Below, in pieces: positions 1 to 13,400 of a stretch of 64,000 bases of DNA. The position numbers and the translations under genes are program-made. This DNA is from Amoebophrya sp. A120 (Eukaryota; Protista; Dinoflagellata), in contig CAJINV010000005.1 in assembly GCA_905178155.1 (NCBI GenBank), forward strand, positions 8,596,019-8,660,018. Reading direction: 5' to 3'. Position 1 is the first letter of the stretch. Each line of letters opens with the position of its first letter. Under the pieces are notes generated by a model. The model saw nothing but the letters and a program-made list of their open reading frames with translations, was not told the DNA's origin and made no database searches.

Positions 1-87
1 CGCATTTATGCATTACAAATTTCTTCTTCAAACTAAAACAGCATGACAAATTTCTTTTGTCATGCTGACCTAATTTGTATTGCAATA

Positions 88-2372
88 CTACGAATGCGAT
101 GGTGCATTTGCGGCGCATACGTTGTTCTGTGCAACAAGGTCGACCTGCTCCTACGTCAGCAAGATCTTCATGTGGGAGATGTTGAACAAGCTTCTTGTAC
201 AAAGCCCAACAAGAACTTCTACTCTGAGGCAGCTACAACTTCTCACACCTCATCTTCGCAGCAGCTGGAGCTCATTCCCGAGGAGCTTCGACGCTACAAT
301 CCAGACGCGGAGTTTCACCGGACCGTGAAGTGCGAGATTGGGCTCGACAAGATTCTGAACCAAAACTCGTTCCGCCAAATAACGGACCGGGAAAAAATGG
401 TAACTAGGCTGCAAAATGCGGAAGAACGGATGCTGGAGTGCGAGGAAGTCGTGGAAGCACAACTGCAAGATGTTGAACGCGTGTGTTTAACGTCGGCCCC
501 GAAGGGGGGACCCTCGCCTGGTCGTGGGGACCACGATGAACAGGGCAAAACAACAGCAATAACAGCAATATCAAGCGAGAAGAGGACCAAGGGAAACCAG
601 AAAGTGTTCGACGCGGGGGTGGTATCAACTGCAAACGTGTCTGGTCTGGAAGAATGCATGTTTGTCATGCTTGTCTGGCATGACTCTTAAATCTGTCATG
701 CGCGTTTCCCAAGAGCCGCATTTTTCTGCCATGCAGAAACGCGGTTTGTCATGCAGAATGGGCAACACCTAGAAGGTCAGAAACTTGTCATGCTGAGCCA
801 GCACTTGTTGCCTCCTCATGATACGCCACCAAGCATCACAAGTTTATTCCCGACCCAGACACATTTGCATTTCATAGGTGGACCTGCGGCCGCACCTTGC
901 CAACCAGATCAAGCCGATGCTGATCAGCATTCCTATGAATTGCAAAAGTATCGTACTAGTAGAAATCGCATTACAAATTTCCTTAGCATGAGAAATAAAA
1001 TTTGTAATGCGGATTTTTTACCTTAAAAAACAGACTTGTAATGCATGACTGCAATTAGTACGAGTGCGATACTTTTGCGATTCATAATTCCGCAGGGCCG
1101 CCAAATCTCCTCGGCGGAGGCCTTCGAACGGCTAGTAGGAAAGTATGGAACTGCTCTCAGACGTTACAATTTCAACTGTCACACGAATTTGTCATGCGAA
1201 ATAATACTATCAACACTGCCACGATCAAGCTACTTTGCATGACAAATTCTCGACGCGGACGCGCTAAATAGAGCTAGAATGATCCGCATCAAATCTGTAA
1301 TGCAAGACGCGCAAGGTCGTGTTCCCTAGCATCATCTGTGCTACCCTTGTGCATCACAAATTCACGTATTAACAGTTGCGAATGCAACATTCGAGAATTT
1401 GATAAAAAGTGGCTCTGGGAGGACGGCCTGCAGCTGCTGCGGGGAAAGGGAATTTTCCAAACAAGGGCCACAACTAGTGCGGATTATGCAAGAAAAAAAC
1501 TGTGTAAGTGTAAATCTGTGATGCAGAAAATGCAAAACAGTCACACTTGTCATGCCAGACAGCCATGAAGTCCGATTTTCATGCGTGTTTTCCCTTACAG
1601 ACCATGCATGACAGGTTTTCTCTGTCATGTAGAGCAAATTTGTGATGCTGTCAGCCAAAGAAAGTTACACTTACACACTTTTTTTCCTGGATACGGATGG
1701 AATGATGAATAATATTAATATTGCGACCACGTACGCCTTTCAACTGGTTGGCGAGCTTTACGAGGTCGTGGAGGTCGGGCACCTGTCAAATAATCGAGCA
1801 ACTGCTGGTGCTGCCGACGTCGTCGGAGAAGGAAATAGAAAAAGTACAGATGCAGCGGGTGTTAAAGCGGCAAGCTTCTCGAAAAAACAGAGAGTCGAGA
1901 GGACTCAGGTTGGGCAGGAGGAGGACCTGGTGGTGGAATTTCAAGAAAAGACAGCGCGTCCTGCGCTCGTATCAAGTGCAAAAATGTCTGGGTCTGGATT
2001 TGTAATGCAGTTCTTCAAGGACAACAAGATCTGTAATGCATGGATACCATTGGCCAGTTTTTTTGTCGTGCTGGGTGGCAGTTTGTAATGCTAAACACGA
2101 ATGAATCGGCAAGGAGCCGAGGGAAATTCCTCATGCTGTCATGCCGTACAAGCAGCAAGTTTGCAATGCAAGTATCAGCAACACAAGTTTCCAGACCCAG
2201 ACACTTTTGCATTTGATAGCTCGCGGCGGGGAACAACAACGACAAAATTGTTGAGTCCAAGTTTCTGTTTCTGGCTTTTCGCTCGGCGGAAAAAAATCCC
2301 GATTTTTTGGAAAACAAACTGAAAACGGAACTACTGGCAATCACTACTAGTTGTATCACGACCACGCATTGA
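88..2372 (+). CDS. 3' part of a multi-exon gene of unknown function (5' end outside window), split by 5 non-canonical introns
   Basis: Removing elements 623-876, 934-1086, 1144-1443, 1485-1693 and 1970-2218, each with one 5-bp repeat, gives one open frame (...FDAGVDLRPHLANQIKPMLISIPQGRQISSAEAFERLVGKGIFQTRATTSADGMMNN...PALAAGNNNDKIVESKFLF...TTH*). The VVLCNKVD segment resembles a GTPase G4 motif, but no other GTPase motif is visible. Confidence 0.7.
623..876. mobile_element. introner family A (TAT...TGTCTGGGTCTGG TIR)
   Basis: TATCAACTGCAAAC...TTTGCATTTCATA; direct repeat GGTGG/GGTGG. Confidence 0.85.
934..1086. mobile_element. introner family B (TAT...GCAAAAGTATCG TIR)
   Basis: TATGAATTGCAAAAGTATCG...CGATACTTTTGCGATTCATA; repeat ATTCC/ATTCC. 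Confidence 0.9.
1144..1443. mobile_element. introner family H with decayed right end
   Basis: Starts TATGGAACTGCTCTCAGACGTTACAAT; repeat GAAAG/GAAAG; removal restores frame. Confidence 0.6.
1485..1693. mobile_element. introner family F
   Basis: TATGCAAGAAAAAAACTGTGTAAGTGTAA...TTACACTTACACACTTTTTTTCCTGGATA; repeat CGGAT/CGGAT. Confidence 0.9.
1970..2218. mobile_element. introner family A
   Basis: TATCAAGTGCAAAAATGTCTGGGTCTGG...CCAGACCCAGACACTTTTGCATTTGATA; repeat GCTCG/GCTCG. Confidence 0.9.
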
Positions 2373-3180
2373 AAGAGATAGTACCTCCATTACTAGCTGC
2401 ACTTGCGCAAAATAAATCATGAGAACGATGTTTATTTTTCCAAGCGACGTCGCACACGTCATCATCTGCAAAGAATTTCAGGCCGGAATAAACTGTTGCT
2501 GCCTCGACCAAAGCAGGAAACTTTTTCTGTTACCATGACGTGTTGGAAAGATCATGATCAAAATCACAGAAAGTCGAGGAAAAAGCTCGGTGTCGTGGAG
2601 TCGAAGGCGTTAATCGAAAAGATAAAGATGCAGTACCACGTAGCAGCATTTTATGTTTGATGGGAGATGGACATCGATGACAACAACAGCGATCTTGAAG
2701 ATCACGGTATTATCATGGACAACTACCCATCATCCTCCATCACAAGCCTCTCAAGAGCTACGTATACTACCGGCAACTCCATGCTTCGTCTGTATTGTTT
2801 TTCTATGAATAGAAGATGACAACACCTCCAGCGATCAAGATCATGGTGCTCTCGTGGACAAGCCATTTGAGAGCTACGCTGTTTGTTAGCCTGTCGTTGT
2901 AAGTCCAGCATCAGTCGATGTTTTGTGAAGATGACTTTGATCATTGATAGAAGTTCTTGTCCCACCAGTTTGTTGTAGCACCTTTTGCGGCACCTAAGTA
3001 CGATGTTGAATGAGTTGGAAAACAAAGATTGTTGCTGCTTTACTTCGGGAGTATCAGGTCGGAATAAATAAAGAACGGTTACTCTATCTTGTGAACCGTA
3101 TTGCGTGCTGACTCTCTATTTTTTCAACAGCACAAATCCTGCAAGGGGGCGACACCGACAGAGAATATTCAATTGTGATC

Positions 3181-6100
3181 ATGGGCGTGTTATCTTCACC
3201 TAATGCTAGTACATCTCCCGCCAGGGAAGGTGGACCTGGACGATGGCAGTACTATAATTTGGACGATAAAGATGAAGATCTGGACGACAAGAACTTTGAT
3301 ACCACCTTTGTGGTTCCTCCAGTAGGTGACTCTACTACTTCTTGCGGTTGTTCGCCAAGAACAGAAGCAGCCCTGACCTGGCGGTCGCTTTCTGACGCCC
3401 GGATATGGGTGGACTCTCAAACGTTACGTTCTCAACTATTACATGAATTTGTCGTGCAAAACTCCCTTAAGCCGCCAGATCATCAATGACTGCTTCGCAT
3501 GACAAACTTCCGCAGGGCCGCTAAAAAACAGCGTTGAAATTATCTGTGCGGCCACGTCTGTGATGCGACAGCAGCAAGCTTGGCTCTTTGACTGTTGTCG
3601 TTCCTGCATTGCAAATTCATGTGACAGTTGAGAGTGTACCTTTTGAGAAGGCCATCCCGGATTCTGCAAACGTGGGTGACGCCGGAGGACTATGCCGATC
3701 TGGTCTGGTACGGGAGTGTCAGGATCGAAATCGACAAATAAATCGCAAAACTTGTAATGCATAAAATGTAGGGCCCATAAGGCCTGTGTTGGAAAGGAGG
3801 CAAATGAGACCGATTGCAAGCCTGTTTAGCCCTAAACATGTACTGCCAGAGTAGCATGACAGGCGCAGTCTTCTTTGCCTAAACAGCATGACACGCTGGG
3901 TTTTGGTGCTCCCAAAATTTGTCATGCGTCACTTGGAAACTGAGGCTCCGACTGGTATCGATTCTCATTTTATGCATTACATACAAATTATTTCGATTTT
4001 GTTGATTTCGATCCTGACGCTTCCATATCTGGCTCGAAGACAAGGTGGAACAGGTTGCGAAAACGATCGAGATTTTTCGAGAAAGTAGTCCACCTCGTGC
4101 GTATGACAATGGCAATTCTAAAAATTCTTCTGCGAAGATTGTCCTTGAACAAGACGTGCTGGCTGAGCACAAAGCAGGTGAGGTTGGCGCAGTAGAACAG
4201 AAGAAAAACAAAAGGGTCCGAGGACAGCACTGCCTTGAAAGAATTTCCAAGCAGCTCTGGAACAACCGCGAGGTCGTGGACGAGGCAAGTGCAACTCCAA
4301 CTCCAACTCCTGTAGTTCTTACGCAAGACGACCTACTGGGCGAAGATGAGAGGACGGGGACCGCGACCACGCGGCCGGTGAGGGGGATAGCATCAAGGCC
4401 AGACCAGCACGACCTCCAGGACATCAACTCATGGGCCCGCAGCGGGCCAGCTGTGCAGCAGGAGCTACGGGATGTTGATCCTGAAGCTGTAGTCCGGGAC
4501 GAGGACCACGGGGGAGAGCTGGTGGACCGCGACGATGTTGAGCTGCCGTGGGCTGCAAGAACAGCAGCACGGCAGGGATTTTATTCCAGATATCCATATG
4601 CTAGCAGTAAAAATGCAGCAGCTGAAGGTCATGTAAGAAATGTCCAACCTTGTAGCTCTAGCTGCTGTCCCGGTGAGACGAGCTCTTGCGAGAGAACGGA
4701 CAAGAGAACCACATCATCTCCGCCGAGATCAAGTTGTCTTCAAAACTCCTTTATAAGTGGCACAACCTCAAAAAATAATTATTTGCCGTCCCAAGCCGTT
4801 GCCGATGCGATAAATGTCGTCGACCACCTGGAAGATCATGCTAGTGGAGGACTACGAGAGGACCACAAACAAGTCGTCGGGGATGGAAGTCGTAGTCGGA
4901 AGGATCTTCATGTTGACCTTCTCCGCCTGCCACTCCTCGCCCCCGCCGATTCCCATCCCAACGCCGCTTTCTGCGTTTTTTCCGATCCTTGCCTCCTGCA
5001 CCTTCCGACCTGGGAATTCCGGAATTTGGCGGCCGTCTTCGGTGGAGGATCCCGTACTGCAGCTTCAGAACATGCAGGTCTTCCTCGTACCTTGTCGGAA
5101 GGACTTATAGATGTTGCTCCTTGTCCTGCATCACAGCAGCATCGGAGGAGAAAGCTAGCCCGCAAGCATTTGCGGTCGCTGATCCAAAACTTGGTCCAGT
5201 ATGTCGTCAGCGGCACTTCTGCCGCGTCGATCAGCTGCAATGGAGAAATTCCAGCGGGAGAAATTGGCGAAGATACAGCCAGACCTTGCAGGAGCATAAT
5301 CCAGAGGAGCCACGAAGTCGAAGACGCCACGGCTGCTGCAGGCCATTATCATCAAAACGTGTTCCGAAACGGGTTTTTGATCAAGCCCAGGAACGGGCTA
5401 TCCTGTGCAAAAGTATCGTACTCGTATAATTATTGCAGTCATGCATTACAAATTTTTTTCTTGAGGTAAATCCGCATGGCAAATTGAATTTCTCATACTG
5501 GGGAACTTTGTAATGCATTAATACGAGCAGTACGATACTTTTGCAATGCATACGGGCACGACTCCTTTGGCGTGACGGCGTTTCCGATGGCAGACCTCGT
5601 CGCGGAGCTACAACTCCCGAGGGAAAAAACTACAACAGCAAAGGATCATGCGCGACGCAGGGAGGACGGACAGGGACAGCGGGAGTCGTGCCGCAGTTCT
5701 TCGAATTTTCCCACCAAAAAATGTACTTCTAGAGCCGCCAACATGATGAACATGCCGCGTCCACCTCCGAAAGACACTACAGATGGGTTAACATGTCGTT
5801 CGGTAGTTGCACCACGCCGGCCTGAGCAGCAGGATGCAGCCCACCAGCAGCACGAGGACCAGGCTGGCGGTCAGCACTTCTTGTTCCGGCCGCGTACAAT
5901 AAAAGTTCCTGCCTCGCTAACGGACCGGGTGTTCACGGCAATCCAGACCGCTTTCTGCATTCGAGGCGGGACGACGGGGACCACGAACAAAAACAGCAGA
6001 ATCCGTGACAGCTGGTGTCGGGAGAACTGGCAGCTGAGTCAGGTGCCGGATGGAGTGGTCCTACAGCCCTTGTTTGTCACCAGACTATTGTCTAGTACTG

Positions 6101-7758
6101 ATAATGGTAATGGTGAAGAAGATCAAGTTCAAGAAGGAGATTATGCAGGAAGCGGGACCACGCCTCACGGGCTTCACGCTGCGTCCACCTCAGCACAGCT
6201 GAGCTGCTCCACCGCTGCACCACGGGGTATGGATTGCACAGGTACCGTGCTACAACTTCTAGGGGATGAAAAGATCGCATTTAGTGCTACTTCTACTTCC
6301 CCAATCGAGATAAAAGTGCACGTGGTGGGGTATCAAAAGGAAAAAGTCTCCCTCCCCATATCGAAACGAAAATTTTTGATGCTGATTTGTGACCACAAAT
6401 CAGCCTGCGTACAAGGCAAACGGGACCCACATGGCGCATTGTACAGCGAGTGTGTCACCATGCGTTTTCGCCTATGTCAGACCTGTTTCTCATGCTCAGC
6501 TGCTACCCAGATGCGTACCCAAATGGGCTTAGATAGAATATGCCGAAAAGCTCTTGCTGCAATACAGTGTACACAAATCCAGCAACACGAAAGGCAAAAA
6601 AAAAAAATCCAGCAACACAAATTGTCTTTTGAATACGGGGTGGCGGCTTTTTTCACTTTGATATGGGGAAGGAAGTGGTTGGCGCGACCGTGAAGCAGTA
6701 CCCGCCGGACATACTTTGGATCGACGGCACGGGGAAGTATGGGAGTGTCAGGATCGAAATCGACAAAATCGAAAAACTTGCAATGCATGAAATGTACGGC
6801 GCGCAAGGTCTGTGTTGGGAAGAAGGCAAATGAGACCGATTGCAAGCCTGTTTAGGGCGGGAAGAAGACGCGTTGCCAGAGCAGCATGACAGGAGCAGTC
6901 TTCTTTGCCCAAACAGCATGACAGACTGGATTTTGCAGCTCCCGAAATTTGTCATGCGCCACTCGAAAACTGAGGCTCCAACTGGTATCGATTTTATGCA
7001 TCACAAATTTTTCGATTTTGTTGATTTCGATCCTGACGCATCCATAGGAAAGTGTGGGTCTTTAACCGATGGAAGCTGGACGACTCTAAGGCACGCGACC
7101 GGATTATGGGAGTGTCAGGATCGAAATCGTCAAAGTTACAATAGTTTGCCATGCATAAAATGCAGGGCACGTAACGCCTGTATTGGGGAACATGCAAATG
7201 AGACCCATTGCAAGTCTGTTTAGGGGAAGCCGATGCGCTGCCAGAGCAGCATGACAGGAGCAGTCTTCTTCGCCCAAACACCATGACAGACTGGATCTGG
7301 GTGCTCCCGAAATTTGGCATGCGTCACTTGGAGACTGAGGCTCCAACTGACATCGATTTTGTGCATTGCAAGTTATTTCAACTTTGTCGATTTCGATCCT
7401 GACACTCCCATACGGATTTTTCTCCAGTTCCTTGCAGACCAGCTACGGCGGTACTGGAGTGGAACCTTCGTGTATCGCAAAAAAAAATTTTACAGTTACA
7501 CATTGTCTTGCAGGCCAAGCAAGACAGACAAGTTCTGTCATGCCGGATATGCATAGGAGCCTCGTTTCGTATGTGTTTTCCCGTAGGATTTCTGCATTGC
7601 AAGTTTTCACTCTCATGCAGAGAAATTTGTGTTGCCGAAATCACTACAAGTGTGTAACTGTGACACTTTTTTCGTGGGATATCGCGGCAAAAAGTTTGGC
7701 TTTGGTGGAGGGGATAAACAAGATTCGGAGGAGCAGCTCTCAGTATGATCCAGAGTAA
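3181..7758 (+). CDS. multi-exon gene, large low-complexity protein of unknown function; 5' junction unresolved
   Basis: Exons from about 3687 onward join in frame after removing 3709-4027, 5399-5552, 6331-6663, 6738-7046, 7105-7412 and 7473-7681 (ending ...NKIRRSSSQYDPE*). The join across 3404-3681 to ORF 3175-3489 is one base out of frame, so the start is uncertain. Confidence 0.6.
3404..3681. mobile_element. introner family H, degenerate
   Basis: Starts TATGGGTGGACTCTCAAACGTTAC; CCGGA repeat; internal GCATGACAAA motif; right TIR decayed. Confidence 0.5.
3709..4027. mobile_element. introner family C (TATGGGAGTGTCAGGAT TIR)
   Basis: TACGGGAGTGTCAGGATCGAAATC...GATTTCGATCCTGACGCTTCCATA; repeat TCTGG/TCTGG. 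Confidence 0.9.
5399..5552. mobile_element. introner family B
   Basis: TATCCTGTGCAAAAGTATCG...CGATACTTTTGCAATGCATA; repeat CGGGC/CGGGC. Confidence 0.9.
6331..6663. mobile_element. introner family D
   Basis: TATCAAAAGGAAAAAG...TTTTTTCACTTTGATA; repeat TGGGG/TGGGG. Confidence 0.85.
6738..7046. mobile_element. introner family C
   Basis: TATGGGAGTGTCAGGATCG...CGATCCTGACGCATCCATA; repeat GGAAG/GGAAA. Confidence 0.9.
7105..7412. mobile_element. introner family C
   Basis: TATGGGAGTGTCAGGATCGAAATCG with a perfect inverted copy at the far end; repeat CGGAT/CGGAT. Confidence 0.92.
7473..7681. mobile_element. introner, family F-like
   Basis: TATCGCAAAAAAAAATTTTACAGTTACAC...GTGTAACTGTGACACTTTTTTCGTGGGATA; repeat TCGTG/TCGCG. 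Confidence 0.8.
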
Positions 7759-9239
7759 ATTCATCATTTCCGCCGTACTGCACGAACTACACGAGGCCAT
7801 TATAATACAAGCACGGTTTCTGCACGGCAAAACTTGCCTTCAGTCCTGAAGATATTCTATCAGCATGACAACTGGGACTGTCGGGTAAGTTGCAGCTGGT
7901 GACACTTGTCATTCATTTTGTCCGTGTCGTGCGGGAAGAAATTTGTATTGCATAGTAGTACTTCTAGAGAAGAAGGAAAGAGAAGTCGGGCCAGCGAAGA
8001 GAACAGTAGTCCACCGGGGCAACAAGAAATTCTTGTCCGTGATAAAAATCATCGTTTCGCTCTTCATAGGCAAAATGCAAAAGTATCGCACTCGTAGTAA
8101 AAGCAATAGTACGTAGGCATGCATTACGTTTCCGACGACCAATCAGCATTACAAATTACATTTCTAAAAACGGTCTGAGCCAATTTGTAATGGAATCCAT
8201 ACTCGTGCGATACTTCTGCAATGCATACCTCCTGAATGCCGCCTGGATTGGCTGGTTTCTAGCGATTGCCGCCCAAGATTGGGGGAGATCACGTACCAGG
8301 GCGCCGCTTTCGCGACGAATCAGAAACTATATCACGGTACACATCAACTCCACCTCCCCCGGCTACTTTTGCAGTTCATAATGAGACAATACGACCGTCC
8401 GCGCCTGGACATGTCACAACTCATGCACAAGAACAAGCTACATTCGCTAGTACTCTGACCCCTGTCTCTACTACTATCAATCTAAGAAACCCTGTTGCTG
8501 CTTATGCCATAGTACAAATGAGGAGGAGGGAGAGCAGTTTGTTGTGCCCTCTCATAAACTATCCAAAAGCATGGCCGCCAAACTGTGGGAATTCTTGTGA
8601 CAAGCTGCAACTTTGTTTATAATACAACAGTTCGCAGATTTGATGATTCTTGCCGAGAGCGACGTGCGCGCCGTGTGAAGACCGGGGCAGGCGCCTACAG
8701 AAAAATCGAGTGTTGGTGCGTCTACAGCTAGATTTACTGCAGTAGCAGGAGCAGCAGCTGCTTTCGATGATGGAGTTCTATTTCCAGCACAACTTCTAGT
8801 TGTAGTGTGAAAATCATACAAAAAATTCGAACAAAATCTCAGGTCGAGCTCGAGCCTCACGGCTCTCTTGCCGAAATTGTACACAACGTACGGGATCATG
8901 TTGTTCATCTTGTTTCTACAATCGGTCGGTAACGATGAAAAAGTGATCCGAAACGAAAATTTTTGCAGCTTGAAAGTGATCATGATCAAAATCGAAATCG
9001 TTCGTGTAGGGAGTTGCATCGATTTGCCACGCAAAACTACCCTAAGCCGCCAGACGCACGATGGCGATCAAGCTGTCTCGCATGACAAATCTCCGAAGCT
9101 GCGCTAAACAGCATCTAAAGCTTTTCCAAATATGGGACGCGAAAGCAGCAAGCTTGCTCCTTTGAGTGTTGCTGTTCTTGCATGTTACATGCAAGTTCAT
9201 GTAACAGCTGATAGTGTAACTGATTTGAGAACGCCATAC

Positions 9240-9439
9240 GCGGATGGTCCTCGCGAGTGGGAGGTTTGCATTACGAAATCGAAGGGGAACATATAGGCGC
9301 CGACGGGGGTTCCGCGGGGCCACTCAACACAGTTGAAGGAAGTGAACACGTTGACGCGCCGTCGTCCAACTACTATGCGGACTTCGCTGCAGGTCTGGCG
9401 GACGTGTTCTAAATTCCTGCGGGCTGTGTCGTGTGCTAA
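9240..9439 (+). pseudogene. degenerate 3' fragment paralogous to the 20685-21614 gene
   Basis: Aligns by eye to about 21410-21614, including CCGTCGTCCAACTACTATGCGGACTTCGC and the GGCTGTGTCGTGTGCTAA (GCVVC*) end. Downstream similarity continues on both sides of the LTR element. Confidence 0.7.
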
Positions 9440-9681
9440 ATTCAATTGGCACACACGGCCAGGCGCCGGACCTGGATAAAACCAAGGGTAGAACAAAAAA
9501 GCAGGAGCCAATCGTAAGCGTAAGCCGGGTCACGATTTATATATTATAAATATCGTTGCCGTCGTTCCTGCTGGGGTATTCGACTCTTTTACGAGTTTGA
9601 CTGCTATCTCTCTGTACTACACGACCTGGAAATAAATGTCCTACTTCCGGATCATGGATCGAGGAATTATATCATAATTAG

Positions 9682-10247
9682 TGTTGGACTTTGAACACAC
9701 CTGCCACACTGAGTGGCCAAAGCTTCTACCTTCGAGAGGTCTCTAACACGTTCAAACACTTCAATCTCTCAGCAGACAGGGCGAAAGCCTCTGGCTGCGT
9801 TGCATCCTGTGAAGATTCATCATGCAAGGTTCACCATAGTCATCACTCCATCACCACAGGCTCTGAGGCTCCAGATCTCTAGTCATTCTGGGACCTACTT
9901 CCCACTCTGTATGGGTGCGATTTTATCAGGGACGGAGGTCCCTGGTAAAGTTTTTATCTAGGTCGGAGCTCCTTGATAAAGTCTTGATCCAGGATTTGGC
10001 TAGATTCTGGACCATTCTGAGATCAGCCAAATCGGTGCCGTAGGAGCCTGCGTAGGGATTTGATCTAGGACCCGGGTCCCTGGTAAAGATTTTACCAGGG
10101 TCGCCGGTCCTTGATAAAATCGATCCGAACCAAGAGAGCCTGATCTACTCAAATTCTTCATCATTTGTATTTGGAGAGCAGGCATTTCGGGATCTCTGAG
10201 AAGCTTCAGTCTTGCGTGGAGGTAGGGTTTAGATCACATGACCAACA
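9682..10247 (-). repeat. 3' LTR of copia element
   Basis: Direct repeat of 17778-18343; by eye about 13 substitutions and two 4-bp indels. Confidence 0.96.
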
Positions 10248-10462
10248 CCCCTCCGCAATCGATGCAGTCTGTAGCCCCTAAGAGTCCTACTCTACCTTGT
10301 TCCTAAATAGATATAAAGTTGCATAAATTCCCCTCCTCGGGTCAGAATCCAAAGTCTACAGCGTACAACACTAAAGCTACTCCACTATCATCGTAGAAAC
10401 TAGTATAGAAAGAAGCATCAAAATCATCCCCATCATCCGACTGGGCGCCAGGATGAGAAGAG

Positions 10463-13400
10463 TCACAGGAGATGACTGGATTGTCTACGTGATGCAAAAG
10501 CAGCTTGCGCTGTGGCGCTGAGCATTCCAGCTTCGTAAGTCCATCCGCCTTCATCAAATGCGTCGGCCGGGCAGAAGACTATACGACTGGCAGCATCTCG
10601 CGCACGCAAATAGCGAGAAGCGTAATGCCGTGACTTCGGTTTTGTGTCTGTGCTTTTGGCTGTAGCGATTGCGGATTGGTTGTCCACCCACAAGATGGCA
10701 TCATCCAGGGACGGAGATAAGCCGTGCTGCGTTTCTACCATTCTGGTAAGGAGAGGAGCGAAGAAGTCAGCGAAGTCGTTCTGCTCACTGAGCACAATAG
10801 TGTCAGAAGCTGCGACGTACTCGCTTTCCGCCGTCGAATACGCACGCACAGTCTGCCGATTGCTGCGCCAGCAGATCGGGAAACCGCGGTAGTATATAAT
10901 CGAGCCGGTGGTAGAACGCATCGTCTTCAAGCAATTCGCGAAACCAGCATCAGAGAACAGGTTCAGACGTGGCACGTCCCTGCCCTCCGGTACCAACTTC
11001 CGATAAATCTCATTGAGCGCCTCTTCTTCCTCTGGACTGTACGATAGTCCCACTTCCTTCGTTGTCAGGAGGAACTTTATCACTTTCCTACAGGCGTAGG
11101 CGATCCTTTTCGTGGCTGGTTTGCTCACGTAGCGAGCTAGAGTGGAAACCGGCACACAAATGTCAGGACGCGCAGTGGTCGCGATCCATTGCAACGCACC
11201 AACTACGGATCTGAGAGGATAATCCTTTAGCTCTTCAAGATCTTCTTCCGTCAGAGCTGACTCGGCAAAATTCGGAGAACGTACCGGCTTGCCAAGCGTG
11301 ACAGCGAGCAAACTTCTTAGCAATTTTCTCAATATACTCCTCCATGGTCACACGCACTGACTTGCGCTCCCTAGAGTAGTACGCAATCGCCCCAAGGAAG
11401 TCGAACTTTTGCCACTCGATACCATTGGAATCGGTAAAGAGCTCGACAGCTATCTCACGCCCGGGGACGCGCGACAGAGTCTTTTGCAATTCGGCACGAA
11501 GTTCAGCAAGATCAGGTCCTGCGATCAAGTTGTCGTCGACATAGACAGCAAGCTTGAGAAACTTTCCTGGGTGCGATAAACTTGGCTTTCTCCACAAACC
11601 AGGCGCAGAAGGACAGGGCTCCCAACCTAACTCGGTCAAGATGCTCTCATACTTCTTGAACCAGGCCCGCGGTGCGTCCTTTAGCCCATAAAGCGCTTTG
11701 TGTAGCTTCACGACTGCCGTCTTGTGCTTTGCTGCCTCAGGCAGCCGGCCCGAGGCAATTTCCGCTAGTGAAATTTCGTTAAAATGGCGCTAATTCTGGG
11801 AATCGTGGGCCGGTTGGTTGGGTGTGGCACCCTTTGGGTGCGCGCCATATTCGGGGCGGAGGGCGCGGCATAGTGTGGCGCTCCCGCTTTCCGTTTTCCC
11901 GGGTGTCGTAAGCTTCCGGGCCGCCTCCCCTGGTTGTGTGTTCTCCCCCGTCCTCTTGGGGGTGGGGGCCGCTTATCGCTGGGCCCTTTCGCGCGCGCGG
12001 CGCCTTGGCTTTTGGTGGTGGCCTGCCCTCGGGTGCTCTTTTCCCCTACCTCGGGGAATGTCTCGGGTCGGGCCCTTGCCCGGGTCTTCGGTTTTTCTTT
12101 GTCCGGCATCTTTCCGAGGGGCGGGGGTCTTTTGGTGTGGTTTGGCTCATAGGGGTTGCTCCTTTGGCCATGGTTCAAATCCGCCGGGGCCCGGCGCCTT
12201 TGCATTTATGGGGGGCGGCGCGCAGCGGGCCCGGCTCTGGAAATCAGGCAGGCGCGAGGCCGGGGCGTTTTGGTCTTTCAAACACCACCCCGGTCCCGGG
12301 CGGTTAATGAAGAGGGTAATCCCGGGGGTAATTTCGGGGGTTAATCTGACCGCAACGAAATCGGGAAGGTTTCGTTGGTTTTGAAATTAGACCAAAAATT
12401 AAACTACAGATTAGACTATAAATTAGCCCACAAATTACCCCAAAAACCCAAGGAGTTAACCTTCCCCCGAGAGGCAGTCACTCCGCCAGACCATTGGGCT
12501 CTCAGTCGGCGCCGTTTGTCCTTAGATGCCCTGCTTTTTCTCGGCAGGCCGGCCGCCCGCAGTTCCCGCCTCTCGTGGCCTTTGCGTCTTTGAATGGATT
12601 CCCCCCGGCCGGCGCCTTTTTCAATTTGCCCCGAAGATTGCAGGGGTGGCGCTCTGGAAACCCACAGACAACAGGTCCGCCGGGGTCGTGTTCCGGCCTC
12701 CGTTGTGATTTGGCGGAGGCCCTCCACGCGCAGGCTTCGCAGGCTCCTTGGCCTTTCTTCTCTGCCGGGGTACCCTTTGGCGCCTTTCCCGGCGCGCGCC
12801 TCCCCTTCCGGGGGGCGCAGGGGGGTGCCCGGAGGGCGGCGCCCACGATGACTATGCGCCCCCGGAAATATGGCGGCAACCCCGGCGCGCTTTCTAGTCG
12901 GGCCCCTTTGGCGTCTGCTCTCCTTCGCTTTGGGGATTAGCCAAAAATCAGCCCGGAATTAACGAAATAGCTTGCCACGGGCCGGCTGCCTGAGCTGCCC
13001 AGATGGGTGGCAAGCGGCAATAGACGTCGCGATCTAGCAAGGCATTAAGGAACGCGCTATCGAGATCATGCGGGATGACGTGATCACCATCTGCGGCTGC
13101 AGATACCAGTAGCAGGCGATTAGCTGCATGCGAGACAACTGGCGCGAAGGTGTCAATGTCACCCGATCGATCAAGATTGCCAAGTACACAGGCTCGAGCT
13201 TTATGCGTCCCGTCGCGCTTAACGGTCAGTATGATAGCGATTGGAGGCACTTGCTTCGCGGTAGCTAGCTCCTCGTCAGAGGCTGGCTCCCACGTCTCAT
13301 ATGCTAGCAGACGAGCTTCCTCCTTGTCAGTCACCTTCTGCCACTTAGGTGCAAGCTCAGGGCCAGGCAATTTGACAGCCTTCTCAGCGGAAAGATAAGC

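Noticed and set aside
11765-12940. Arg/Pro/Gly-rich ORFs inside the nested TIR element as a transposase
   Set aside because: GC-driven open frames on both strands with no DDE or other recognisable motif.
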